Shown: in pieces, positions 26,382 to 38,625 of the stretch
Layout of the letters: the number at the start of each line of letters is the position of its first letter
How positions within the stretch are numbered: position 1 is the stretch's first letter
Source: Callorhinchus milii
Lineage: Eukaryota
Direction: 5' to 3'
DNA length: 64,000 nucleotides
Assembly: GCF_018977255.1 (NCBI RefSeq)
Contig: NW_024704742.1
Location: 23,562,001 to 23,626,000 of the forward strand
Notes under the pieces: generated by a model
Databases searched by the model: none
What the model saw: the letters and a program-made list of their open reading frames with translations, nothing else
Told to the model about the DNA's origin: nothing
Program-made: the position numbers and the translations under genes

Positions 26382-27069
26382 TAAAATCCAATAGATTATT
26401 GAAATGAAAAGTACTTAAGATACACGAGCAAGATGTGTAGAGTGATCGAGTCACACAAGGGTTTTAAAAGCAATTTAGCATCGGTATTTGGGAGGGAAGC
26501 AAAAAAGAAAGTTGTCATCCTATTCCAAAATTATAACAAATTATATGAAACGTGACAGTCAACTGGTTCAAAACAAATTCCCATGTTCCATTCATGAAAG
26601 TAAATCATATTTAAAAAATCCAGACAGATTGACGCAAAACAAGTAAACACCGCTAAATGCAGTAGCCCCATCAAACATGTACAACTAAATTGGCTTATCT
26701 ACCATTAATCCTTTACTGATAAACTGGCTCCTTCTGAATGACAGTTTTACAGACACTCATGGAGACTTGAAAGAAAACACAAATAGGTCAGCTGTCTAGA
26801 ATCCTCCTCAAGAAAGTCCATTGTTTATACAAATTCATCCGGGACTAATCTAGTAATAGCACCACTGCCCAGGGATAAAAACAGGGAGCAAATTTTGCCA
26901 TTTGTGTTAGTTCTGAGAACATTAGGATAATTGTCATAGGTCTGTTTAATGTCAAAAGGGTTTAGAGAACCATGCAGATATCAAAACATACCACACTGAG
27001 AAAAATGTAGTATCTATTTAAATGTTAGGACTATGAACTAGAAAAAGAATATTTTAAATCTAAAATGTT

Positions 27070-27175
27070 AACTTTCACCCACAAAACATAGTCAATTCAT
27101 TTTACTGTGAAACGCTTTGAGGAGTCTCAAAGACGTGATAAGGCGCTATATCAAATGCAAGATTTATTATTATTA
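27070..27175 (+). mobile_element. SINE 3' fragment
   Basis: cacccacaaaacatagtcaattca...gtctcaaagacgtgataaggcgctatatcaaatgcaag(atta)n. Confidence 0.85.
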
Positions 27176-27195
27176 ATTTACATTTATACCACTGA

Positions 27196-27728
27196 GGCTG
27201 GCTCAGTTGGTAGCACTCTCGCCTCAAAGTCAGAAGGTTGTGGGTTTGAGCCTCATTTCAGGACTTAGGACTCATATAGGCTAAGCCAGGGTTGGTATTT
27301 ACTTACCGGGAACAAGAGACCAAGGGGAGGTGAGCCCGTACATCCCGAGCAATGTGCTGACATGCATTTTCTACAAGGACGATGGTGCACATGGGACATT
27401 AATGTCTGGTGGGGGAGGGGGGAGGCGGGCAATGCGAATTGTTGAAGGTGCCGTCCTTAGGGTGACACACGAAACTGAAGACCTGTCTGCATGTTGAGGT
27501 AACGTTAAAGATCCCATGGCAATATTCGAAAAGAGAAGGGAGTTTCTCCCGAAGTCGTGGCCACAAATATTGGTCATTCACTTTATGGCTCGATGTGGGA
27601 CATTGCTGTTCTGAAACTGGCTGCCATGTTTATTCACAAAAACGGTCAATCCACTTTATTTCATAAGGGATGTCCTCCTGACGTGAAAGGCGCTATACCA
27701 GATGTAAGGATTATTATTATTTTTATTA
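27196..27728 (+). mobile_element. DeuSINE (SacSINE1-like) interrupted by a ~150-bp unrelated insert
   Basis: Head ggctcagttggtagcactctcgcctc..gtcagaaggttgtggg; core aggtgccgtcctt...aaagatcccatggca; tail tcctcctgacgtgaaaggcgctata. Insert at about 27285-27435. Confidence 0.82.
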
Positions 27729-27819
27729 TTTCACATCACTATGTGAAATATCCTGTAGCTGACTGGGTGAGGTCTTTATATCTGAAAATATTTAATTTAG
27801 GAGAACAATCCATACACAA

Positions 27820-28030
27820 AAGTTATGGATTTTACAAGCAGGGTTCGGATAAAGAAGGTCCTTCAGCCCATTTGATCTCCTCCTTCCAGAACACCCTCCA
27901 TGCAGCATTAAGCTGTTTTTTAAACGAGTCCAGCATCCTGGCCTCAACCACCTTTCCTGGTAACCTGCTCCAGTCGTCAATTACTCCTGGCGTTAAGGGA
28001 GATATCCTTGGAACTGAACTGACTCCAAAG
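27820..28030 (-). mobile_element. CR1 LINE 3' fragment
   Basis: VIDDWSRLPGKVVEARMLDSFKKQLNAAW followed by a 3'UTR with atgggctgaaggaccttct. Confidence 0.8.
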
Positions 28031-28845
28031 TGACATGCTTGGCAATGGAATGTCAGAATCAAGACAGCCCTCTGTGGTGGTCTCAGTAGTCTGGTTCCTG
28101 AGCCAGATGAGTCTGCAGTATTCCAGGGCACTGCTGATGACAGCACAGCCAGCCTCGCTCATCGGGAGGACTTGGAAGGGCAAACCAGTCATTGGGGCAG
28201 GGAGTCATCTAACTCAGCTCCTGTTAACCCAGCAAGCCAAAGCTCTAACTGGTAGGGTGGTCCTCGCCGGACAAGTGGGAAAGCTTGCTAGACAGCAATA
28301 ACGCACCTTGGCTCTTGCCAAACTGCGCCTATTGCTTTCCGGAATTAGGTAAGCAGGATGTGTCCCTCCAGGGAGAGAATGTGCATTTCATTCCAACAAT
28401 CCATCTCTGGAATTTCCATGCGTAGGTGGGATGCATGGAATTCTCAGTTTGGTTTAAATACTCTTAAGCATGGGTTTCCCCATGTGTCAAACAAGCATTC
28501 AAGGATTCTACCCTGTGTGGGGGGCGCTATATAAATGCAAGCTGTTGCTGCTGCTGTTGTTGTTGACCCATTAAACAAAGGGTCTGTCCTCAATTGCACC
28601 AACCCTAAACCCATTTTTTGCTTGGCCACCACTAGCCTACTCCATTTCCCCCACACTACCCGTCTCAATCAACGGACAATCCTTCAGCAAATTGGCATTC
28701 ACATTTTGGAACGCCATTTCCACGTCCTTCCAACTTGCTCTCTCTGTCCCTCCTTGTATTTCAAAGAGTGCATAATCACATCACTAAAACATTCAGTCTA
28801 GAAGATTTATTGTGTAGCAATCATATAATCCTGTATATTGTATAG

Positions 28846-29163
28846 TGGAGTCCTGCAGCTCAGTGGTTAGAGCACTCACTTTGCAAGTGAGAGACCTGAG
28901 TTCAACTCCAGACAAGGCAAAACCTTGGGCAAGTTTCCTTACTCCACACAGAGCCTAATAATAATCCTTCCAAAAAAAACAAAACAATAATAAATTGGTC
29001 ATTTTCAATCTACGACTGTTTGTGGGACATTGCTGTGCGCAATTGGCTGCCGCGTTCGCCCACAAATATACAGTCAATTCACTTTACAGTATATTCTGTG
29101 AAGCGCTTTGGGACGTCTAGAAGACGTGAATAGCTCTATATCAAATGCAAGGATTATTATTAT
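28846..29163 (+). mobile_element. tRNA(Ala)-derived SINE, full length, short-body variant
   Basis: Highly similar to 12259-12572 and 60717-61030. A minus-strand DeuSINE remnant follows (~29170-29280). Confidence 0.92.
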
Positions 29164-29688
29164 AGTTTAAGGTGAACGTGGCAGCAATTTGTGCACACTA
29201 ATGTCCTACATATAGCCATGAGGTTAAATGACCAATTTTATCTTGGGAATTGTTGGCCATAGTACTGGGAGAAAACATCCCTGATCACCGCAGACACAGA
29301 ACCTAAGCATGCGGGTCCAATCTCTGCCAAGGACCCACTTCAGTCACAGGATTGGATGTGAGGCCTATCCTGCGATTGGCCCTCCATAGACCAGTGGTCT
29401 CCGCGATGCAATGATGCTAACTTCCTTCCCCATTCATATGTGATCATTGCCGATCAATTTTACATTGAAATACTTGCAAGAATTTCTACAAATACAACTG
29501 GTTACATGTTAAGCAGTGACAAGGAAAGTGGTGTCCCTTATTTATAATTTATATAGGAAGTGGTGGGGATATTGACGACATGATGACTTAAGTGATAGAA
29601 ACAAATTAAACCAGATTCAGGTTAGCCGGAGTTTACTGTACCCAACAGTTTAAGGAAAAATCACTTGGAAACCAGATATTTCACTTAC

Positions 29689-29813
29689 TTGTAGGTTCAA
29701 CAGCAGGTTCCTCTGCAGAGTCTGCAGTAGAAACTACACTCACAGCATCTGTAGTAGCAGGAGTACCAGTTCCAACAGAAGCCGTTGTTTTCTTAGGAGC
29801 TACCACAACACTC
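29689..29813 (-). CDS. LRBA: LRBA exon 9 of 12 (125 nt, phase 2/1)
   Basis: Read manually. Acceptor tttgtag|G AGT; donor ACA A|gtaagt. Encodes SVVVAPKKTTASVGTGTPATTDAVSVVSTADSAEEPAVEPT (cf. LRBA SVIVAAKK...AVSVVSSVDSA). Confidence 0.92.
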
Positions 29814-31202
29814 CTACAAATTTCAAACAGTAAAAATAATGATGTTAGAAAAGCAAGGAAATGGACGAAAAAGTGGATTTGTTTGTTTTAAAGAAATAAC
29901 TTTAGGGTTAGTATAATACACTGCATAGTGTATAATAAAATACTGTATTTTATGTTCCATTATTTAACACATCTGACCCTGCGGAAAATGAAAGCTCCTA
30001 AAGAGCATTTATAATGATGCAAAAAAAAACGACTAATTGGGTAAATGCTTAGTTGATAAATGTTGGAATCCCATAACAGTGCTTATTGTTAATTATCTGG
30101 TGTTAACTGTACGTCTAGACAATACTTAATTCTGGAAGCAATTTGTGCAGTCAATTCTTCCACAAACACAGATGAATGCTCCCACTATGACATTTATTTC
30201 AGCAGTTTTAACTCCTGGGATGAAAAGCTTAGCCAAAGAAACAAAATGGTACAAAAGCCATTCACAGAAATCAGTTTCTTCAGTTCAATACAACCAGATT
30301 GTTAATTAATGCCAGACCCCATTATTTCTCTGGTTTATTGGCTCTTCTCAACTAAAGTTTTAAAATGCTTTTTTCCAATAGTGACCAAAACAAACATCAT
30401 TGCCAGTATGTATTTAATTTTCAAACTAACCTACAATTACCTTTCTAATCTCATTAAACCTCCAGTATAAAACCTCAAATATTATTTGTGTAGGATTTAA
30501 AATAACTAAGACTGATTATTTAACACCATTTTCTAAAGTGTAAATGGAAAGATCACAAATAAAGATACTACCAAGTTAAGATTTAAATCTACAGAGCATA
30601 AACTTGCAAGTTTCCTACATTATCTCCACACAAAATACTTCAGATAGATGTTTGAAGTTTTGTAGAATACTGGACAACTGTTATTAAGTGGAGCATATTT
30701 AGTCAAATAGTGAGCTGTTCACGCATCATACACTTCATATTCTGCACATTCAATTCTTGCACAAGTGAAAATTCTAAACAAGTTCGACATTAAACAGTTT
30801 GCGAAAGCGTGCTTCTCCAGGATTGAAAGATACATTGGAGTAGCTACCACAAATCTCACAAATCAAGGTGTGAAATACTGGCATTCTTTCACTCACTTGT
30901 GTAATAGACCAGCTAAAGTGATTTTCCCCCAAGATTGCACACTTGAGAAACTATCTCTGGTGCTGGGCAATTCCAAATGCACTTTTCTGCTAATTATAAT
31001 CTGTTTTAATATTTAAGAAGCAATAAAAATCAATCGTTTAACACAGCACAAGGAGAAATAAAGGAAAATAAAGTTGTTTTATACACGCACTTTAGTTATT
31101 CTGTGTGCATACACCATAACTTCATAAACGTTTGCATTGTATAGTTTCTACCCTTTTTTCTCTTGCCTTTTTTCCTTCCTTTCTCGTTTCCATTATTTAG
31201 CA

Positions 31203-31238
31203 CCCCCCCCCCCCCCACACACACACACATACACACAA
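31203..31238. repeat. poly-C + (CA)n microsatellite
   Basis: C-run followed by acacacac...; a mirror-type (TG)n+G-run occurs at 3948-3972. Confidence 0.9.
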
Positions 31239-33699
31239 AGAGAGAGTTGTGCTATGCAGAACATTTTCAATGAGAATCTTATCTGGAGTAGATAAGATGA
31301 AACACTATAATCTAAGGCAGTGGAGTCAGATTTGAAAGCAGTCCTTGAGAGCTGAGGTTGTATATTCCAGTAGCTATGCAAATTAACAATCTGGGAAAAT
31401 CATTACTAAAAAGCACATCACCAAAAAAAGCAGATATTCTTTTTAAAAAAATCTAATTCATTTCAGATCTATAAAAGCAGACCACCTGTTTTCTCAAGGA
31501 GCAGTATTCAGATCTAAAAATGTGAAATAGAATATTTTACCCTCATCTCTCCAGAGAACATTTTTATTTTAAAATGATTACAACAGTGTGGTCTTAACTC
31601 AGTCAGACTAACATTCCTCTATTCAGTCTCCTGGTCTGGCACAACGACAGATGTGGTAGACAGTCCATCATGTCTGTCATTGTACCACATGCTGCCTAGG
31701 AAATACAGGGCAGCAGGGGTGCTCCACAGCTTTTCATAATATTGATTTCACGAAGACAATGAAAAAAACAAAAGAACACTTCAATTTAGCAGGTAGACTG
31801 GTAACAGCAGTCATAATATTAATTATTACACTAACGATTCTTCCCTAAGGCATACTGTTCAGCTTTAACCTGAGTATTCAGCTTTTGAGGCATATATCAC
31901 ATACTCTGCACCTTAAAAATATAACGATGAACATTGGTTTGCTATGGATTCAAACAACCAATTACATTAAAATTCTAAAGTATATTTATGTCTAACCATT
32001 AACCTGAAGATTTCCTTTGCTGTACAAATAATTCTGGTTAATGTTAAGTCTTCCTCAAGTCTAACTACATTTGCTTTAGATTTTTATAACTATCTACTTC
32101 AAGCCACGGTTTTGCTGGTTAGACCTGACATAGCATGAAACTCCATCATGACAACATCTCATACCCGGCACCTATACACCAATAATGTGGATTCTCACAT
32201 CAGATCAGAGAAAATATAGGCTTGGGAATGAAATAATGTGCACCTCGCTGTTTAAAAGTGGACCAGATTTGGGGGATTTTCAGCAGAATGCATTCACTAG
32301 CTGTTACTGTATGGTTTCCAGCTATGGCTGGCAGTAGAGGTTGATAATCCTTAAGATATGAGGAGAGTTCTGATTCCTGACAAGGCATTCCTCAGATAAA
32401 TGCAGGATCAGAGAGATTCTTTGAAATTCCCATAGATATTACATTGCCAGGCTACTGCATGGAGCCTGGATTTAACGAAGTGTTGTTCCAAGAGATACAT
32501 TAACTTGCTGACTCACAAAGTAATGCTTCTGGTACTGGACAGTGAATTAAATACAAACCAGATACTGAATTTCCATGCCTAGTCCTGCTGTCTGAACACA
32601 GAAAATTGCTGATTATGATTAAATCATTCTCAACCTTTTATGAATAGTTACAAATTTCTTCATCTGTTACTTTAATACATCTTTATACAACCTCAAAATT
32701 GTACTTTGAAACGTTCAAATCATCTGATGTCTGATGAAGAAAACTTTCCTAGTTTATAAAGATCAAGTATTAAAGTAAGAAATGACAATAGGGCACAAGA
32801 AGGTTTCAAATGAAAAAGACCCCTAGACCCATTCATCTCATCCTTCCAGAAATATCCACCCTGCAATTTTTCAATTGCAGTATAAAGTTGCTCTTAATTT
32901 CCTGGATCCTACCATCTTTCCTGGCATCCAATTCCGCCTGTTAATTACCATCTGGGTAAATAAATACTTTGATATTTGCTCGAAAATTGGCCTTCACAAC
33001 CTATATCTGAAAATATTATTATGACCACATCCATAATCTTCATCTAGCATCTCACATACCCCCATGAGCTCCCCTCAGGGAACTACTTTGAAGGCTCAAG
33101 CACTAGGTTATCTAATTGTTCTTCATAGTGCTTCTGTCAAACAGAGGATCAGACTTCTCTAGGGGTAGTACAAAGGAGAGCCCCATAATGCCAAGTCAAC
33201 CAACTGTTCCCAAACACCAATGCCATTTTTGAAACATCCACTGAATGACACATGACAACAGTTTTGTGATAACTCGTCTCCAATTTTCACATCCCAAAAG
33301 GCAGATGCCTGCCTCCCAGTCAGACCTGCTCCAAAAGCGGCAGAATCAAAGTCAGCAACTCTGCTAAATTGTGGGCATGACCTTCCCTTCTACCACCACC
33401 CCAAACATGATGTCTGATACCTACTCCTACAATGAAGGTGTTATTTCAGACAATATTTTTGATTGCTCAGTTTCTTAACTGTACTACCCTGCATGGAAGA
33501 ATCTAGTATGGTAATTTGTATTACTTTTAAAATCCATTATATTGCCCAGTGACAGAAATATAGTAGACATTTCTGAGGCAGGCTTTGAGAAACAAGTTTA
33601 TTGTTAAAATGCAAAGGGGTAAAAGAGGACAAGTTAAAATTAAAATATTACTAAATGTTACCTATCTTACTTAAAAAAAGGTGACTATTGTATATTTAC

Positions 33700-34126
33700 C
33701 TGTCAAAGGAACGAAACTGGACTGATGACTCTGCTGCTGAATCCCCAATCACTCCTACAAAGGTTGGTCCAACAAATGCCATATCTGCTTCAAGACTGCC
33801 CGTAGGCGTGTTCACCAGGCTTCGCAGAATGTCTTTAACACTGACATTTTTGCCCTGGGATCCAGTTGGTACAGATGGGGTTATCTTAATTTCAGAATCC
33901 CTTCCAATTTCACTTTTACCTTCTTGTGAGTGCGATTTCTTAACCTCTGAGGAAAGGGTCGACAGCAGTTCACTCATTGCATCAGGACCAGCACTAACAG
34001 TCTCAGGCTTTGCTCCCAAGTCACTGACTGAACTTGGTTCTTCTCCAATACCAGAGTCTCTTCGAAATTTCGCAACTGGGGCATCGTTACTCAGTACTGA
34101 ACTGGCTGCTGCACCCGATAAGCCTT
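33700..34126 (-). CDS. LRBA: LRBA exon 8 of 12 (427 nt, phase 1/2)
   Basis: Acceptor atctgcag|AA GGC; donor GAC AG|gtaaat. Encodes ...RRDSGIGEE...VSAGPDAMSELLSTLS...KNVSVKDILRSLVN...VQFRSFDR, all LRBA-like motifs. Confidence 0.94.
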
Positions 34127-35267
34127 CTGCAGATGAACAGAGAAACAAGTTCATTACAATCTTTAATCAATCAAGCAATCAGCAATTGTGTTCTCAAGTT
34201 AAATGTTGGTCAATTACCCAGTATCTTTCAAAACCATTGAGGGAGGCCAGGAAAGAAGAAAAAAAATATATATTTTTAAATTTGGCTTTCTTTATAAATT
34301 TAGGAAAGTATTCTGCTGGCCAAACAGATCTTAAATATGGAAATATCAAATCATCACAGTACTAAACTTTCATTGTTCTTTTTCTTTCAATACAAAGCAA
34401 AATAGCTTTTTGATTGTATTATGGGCTTTTGTAGCTGTCATATACAGTAATGCTGTTTTGAAGGAAGGATTTAAAACTAAACAGCATTACCATATTTTCT
34501 CACCAATTCCAACCCATAATTTCAAGGTGCAAAATCTGATGATAAACTGATAATATTATTAATTATATATATATTATATATAAAATTCAGGATTAAGTGA
34601 ATCAATACAGGTCTAAGAATATGAATTCCCAAAACATTTATTGAAATAGATTCTTTCAGATGTACGTCAGTGCTAATATTTTCAGTGCAATTGAATCCTT
34701 CACACAATCAACTTTTAAGCCCAATTTTTACAGTTTAAGTTAAATTATAAATAGAACTGGCCATATTCGCACAGTACATCAAAAGTCCAAGCTTTAGTGG
34801 CTAAGACATCTGCTCAGTTCTTGTTCTCAGCCATACTCCATTGGGAGGTGCCAAATGAAGGACAGGAGAGTAGGAACTATAGATGGCAATACATCAGCTC
34901 CTGCTCTTCAAAAAAATGGCAAGAATGTCATCAAAGACCTAGCTGGAGGTCACCTACTAGGCCCTCTCTGCTGCATCTCATACGTACTCTGGCAAGATCA
35001 TAGTAAGAGAAAGCAAGTTTAAAAAATTGGTACAAATCATCACCAAAAATTCTGGTTGTACACATGATGGGTTACCATCTTCAGAATTAAATACTTTAAT
35101 ATGTTAAAATGCTCAAAAGAAAAGTATGCAACTGTTTCCTTATCTGTTCTAGTTGGTGTGCACGTACATGCTAAGAATGAGGTCAACATTTTGTGCAAGC
35201 AGTATTGCAAACCAAAAATCAACTGAAGGAAAGTTATCCTGTGGCATTTTTTATACAATACAGTATA

Positions 35268-35458
35268 CATTTATATAGCACTTTTCATGTCATGAGGACA
35301 TCCCAAGGAGCTCAACAGTCCTGGCTTGGCATCCCAGCTTGGGATGGGAGCAGAGAGAGGTGGGAAGGGTAAAGTGACTAAAGGCACAGTCAAAGAGGAA
35401 GATCTTGAGACAGACCTTGAAAAAGGTGAGGAAGGGTGGGAGGGGGGGACTCCAGGAT
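35268..35458 (-). mobile_element. L2 LINE 3' fragment, ~60 nt from the LRBA donor at 35520
   Basis: catttatatagcacttttcatgtcatgaggacatcccaagg...ggcacagtcaaagaggaagatcttgagac. Confidence 0.78.
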
Positions 35459-35519
35459 TATTATTCATTATAGGGCAGTGTAAACTGAAAGCAAACAACA
35501 AGTGGTACATAAATCTAAC

Positions 35520-35688
35520 CTGTGGTTGATACACTATCGTTCGTATTCTCAATGCTTCTGATTGATTGGCTGCGCGACAGCCTCCTGTCTTTCTGAGGCT
35601 CTAGGATTTCCCTGTATTTTGATACCATCAACACTGAGATAAAATAAACTACAGCCAAAGCCAGAAACTGGGCTTGTTTGCTGTCCTC
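35520..35688 (-). CDS. LRBA: LRBA exon 7 of 12 (169 nt, phase 0/1)
   Basis: Acceptor ttttacag|GAG GAC; donor ACA G|gttaga. Encodes [56 protein letters not shown]. Confidence 0.94.
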
Positions 35689-36224
35689 CTGTAAAATATT
35701 AACAAAGTAGATTAAAATCCTTGTGTACATAGGTTAACTTCACATAAATCTTACATGGGAATAACCAAAATTAAGCAATATATTTCATGAGTGAGTCCCT
35801 TCTTTACACAATAGTTATCTGAAAATAAAAATTAATGCAATTTAATTTTAAATACTGCCCCTAATATATTGGAACAGTGATCATGAAGGATTCTTAAATA
35901 TCAAATTCTGTCAGTAACCAGAGGTTACCCTGACCCATAGGACTCCACTCCAATAAGCCCAGAACAAAACTGTATTGGAGTTGAATCCTGTTATTTGAAG
36001 GATTTAATATTTGTAACAACATCAAATTACATTTGTAGGTCCCAAGGTGCTGGACATTAGGGATTTGGACCTGAGTAGGGTGTTGGGATCAGGTGGGGTG
36101 GAGGGCAGGAAGGGTAGGAGTAGGACACGTTTCAAATCTAATTGTTGAACACCTCAATTTTGACCACATATCAGCTAATCTAGGAAAATATTGGAATCCT
36201 AATAAAACTTTTTGCTTTATTTAC

Positions 36225-36592
36225 AATAATAAAATTAATCCTCGCATTTGACATAGAGCCTTATCACGTCTTCGAGACGTCTCAAAGCGCTTCATAGAAT
36301 ATACTATAAAGTGAATTGTCTGTATATTTTGTGGGAGAAACGCGGCAGCCAATTGCGCATAGTAGTGGCACACAAACAGTTGTGGATTGAGTAACCAATT
36401 TATTATTATTATTATTTTGACGTAATTATTACCCCTGAAAAAGCCATTCGCCAATCGACTAACAACCGGGTTCCTGCTTACTGCTAGATAAACAGAGGTG
36501 TGTGGAGGAAGGAAACTTCGTCCTGCCAGGAATCAAACCTAGGTCTCTTGCTTGCGAGGCGAGTGCTCTAACCACTGAGCTGAAGGACTCCA
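36225..36592 (-). mobile_element. tRNA-derived SINE, full length, long-body variant
   Basis: Reverse complement: tggagtccttcagctcagtggttagagcactcgc...agcagtaagcaggaacccggttgttagtc...gagacgtctcgaagacgtgataagg. Confidence 0.92.
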
Positions 36593-37263
36593 TTTACAAC
36601 GAACAGCTTGCAATTATATAGCACCCTCCACACAGGGTAGCATCTCAGAGCGTTTGAACAATTTAAACAAATGATCAAAGACAAACCTAGATTTTTAGGT
36701 TTGCCTTTGCAAATATTTAGCTAAGCACTCCACAACACATTTTAATACAGCAATCTAAACCAGAAATCTAATATTTGAGAAGACATGCTACCTAATATGA
36801 GACAACTACTATGAAGTACACATAGGAGACTGCTGCTATGAAATGTACAGTATAATGCCTTGGCACTTCCATGTGGTACAAACTGAGAAGGAGCAAAAAA
36901 GAGGATCTGGATCAACACTCTGCCTCATTATCTAATGCTTCTACACTTATAATACCCACATCACCATTTCCATGCAAATCCTTCGTTCCCACCCCATGGG
37001 AATGTAGCTTCTTCCTTCCATTTAGCAACCCTGACAGTCAAGCCAAGAATGGAAAATTCAACGTAAATCAATATGCAATGCAGTGAATTAGTCACTGCAC
37101 AAGTGAGCCACCTTAACATTCTAACTCTATTCATAAACAACCTCAAAGAGCCGAACCCTACATCAAGTCCAGCTGTGGGGAACAGTAAGCCATTAGTACA
37201 GCTGGTCATACATTTCTTTTTGGTAAATCAAAGTAACTGAAGACCATGCAAAGTGAAACTTAC

Positions 37264-37371
37264 TACATCTCTGAACACAACTGCTCGCAGGCGATTGATA
37301 TCCATATCTTGTAGTAACCTGTCGAGATCTCTTATTGGTGAAATGCCACCTGTTACAGCGTCAATAGGGCT
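37264..37371 (-). CDS. LRBA: LRBA exon 6 of 12 (108 nt, phase 0/0)
   Basis: Not in the ORF track; read manually. Acceptor tgttttag|AGC CCT; donor GAT GTA|gtaagt. Encodes SPIDAVTGGISPIRDLDRLLQDMDINRLRAVVFRDV. Confidence 0.95.
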
Positions 37372-38014
37372 CTAAAACAAATGGAGAAACATTAAAAATC
37401 ATTGTTCATATTATATTTGTATTTGGATGGGTAAGGTTATGGAAAAGGAACAGAATTCTGCGTGTAAAAAAACATTCTAAGTAGTTTCAATTCATTGCAA
37501 TATATTCTGAGTTTAAGCAGGGAGGGAGGGAGAAGTAGAGTATAAATGGATCACCGTTCTTTCATCTTAGACATGGGTATCAATCCAGGAAACACTAACA
37601 AGGTCAGGTTATGTTGTGATGCCTTCTATAACTGAATGGCCTGCCAACACTCACTGCAAAATTCACTCAGAAACAACAGCCATTTGAGGAGGTAGCAAAG
37701 GGAACCAATGCCCGTACCTCACGAAGAGGAGGCCAAACTCGGAGCAGAGACACAAATTTGGGAAGAAATTAGAAAAATAAATTAACACAAAATTTTAATA
37801 AATTTAATTTTGTTTTTAAATTAAGACTCAATCTTGGTGTTCGTGGGCTGAGGAAAGAGAAGATTACAGCATTTCACAGTGCATGCATTAGTGATAATTT
37901 TCTGGTAATCTGTTTAAGAATTTCACAATTGTTAATATTTTAGCATGCACAAATACCCAAGAGCTCCACAGTATGAAAAGCAAGATTACAGAAGGAGATT
38001 AATTTCAAGCAATA

Positions 38015-38625
38015 TCAATAACAACAAAATCACATTTGTATAGCGCCTTTCACGTCGGGAGGACGTCCCAAGGTGCTGGACCATCAGTGTTTCAGACCCG
38101 AGCTGGGGGGAGGGATCGGGGGGGGAGGGCTCAGGGGGAAGGAGGCTGATCGAAGAGGAGGGTCTTGAGACAGGTCTTGAAGGAGGCAAAGGAGGGGGTG
38201 AAGCAGAGGGACTGCGGGGTGGAGTTAAAGAGAATGGGGGCAGAGTGGCTGAAGACCCGCCCCCCCCATAGTGGGACGAGCGAGGCGGAGGATGTGAAGC
38301 AGGCCGGAGCCCGCTCAGCAGAGGGAGCGGGCAGGTTGGTAAGGGGTTAGGAGGTCACAGAAGTAGGGGGGAGCAAGGCCATGGAGGACTTTGAAGGTGA
38401 GGACCAGGATTTTGAACTGTACCCTATGTGTGATGGGAAGCCAGTGGAGTTGGGTGAGGTTGGGGTAATAGGGTCACGGAGCCTGGTGCGGGTTAGGACA
38501 CAGGCTACAGAGTTCTGGATGATCTGCAGCCTATGGAGGGAGGAATTGGGGAGGCCAATAAGCAGGCAGTTTGCATAGTCAAGCCTGGATGTTATGAATG
38601 CGTGTATGAGAGTCTCGTCGGCCTA
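38015..38625 (-). mobile_element. L2 LINE, 5'-truncated (~600 bp)
   Basis: Canonical tail tttgtatagcgcctttcacgtcgggaggacgtccc; homologous to 62640-63230 (ORF2 C-terminus). Confidence 0.9.

Noticed and set aside
27297..27310. U1 snRNA-like 5' end (tacttacc.gg)
   Set aside because: No further U1 similarity; better explained as a minus-strand GTAAGT donor.
33688..34365. 225-aa plus-strand ORF (and 57112..57420, 56770..56952, 22832..23170)
   Set aside because: Antisense shadows of LRBA exons with no independent coding signal.
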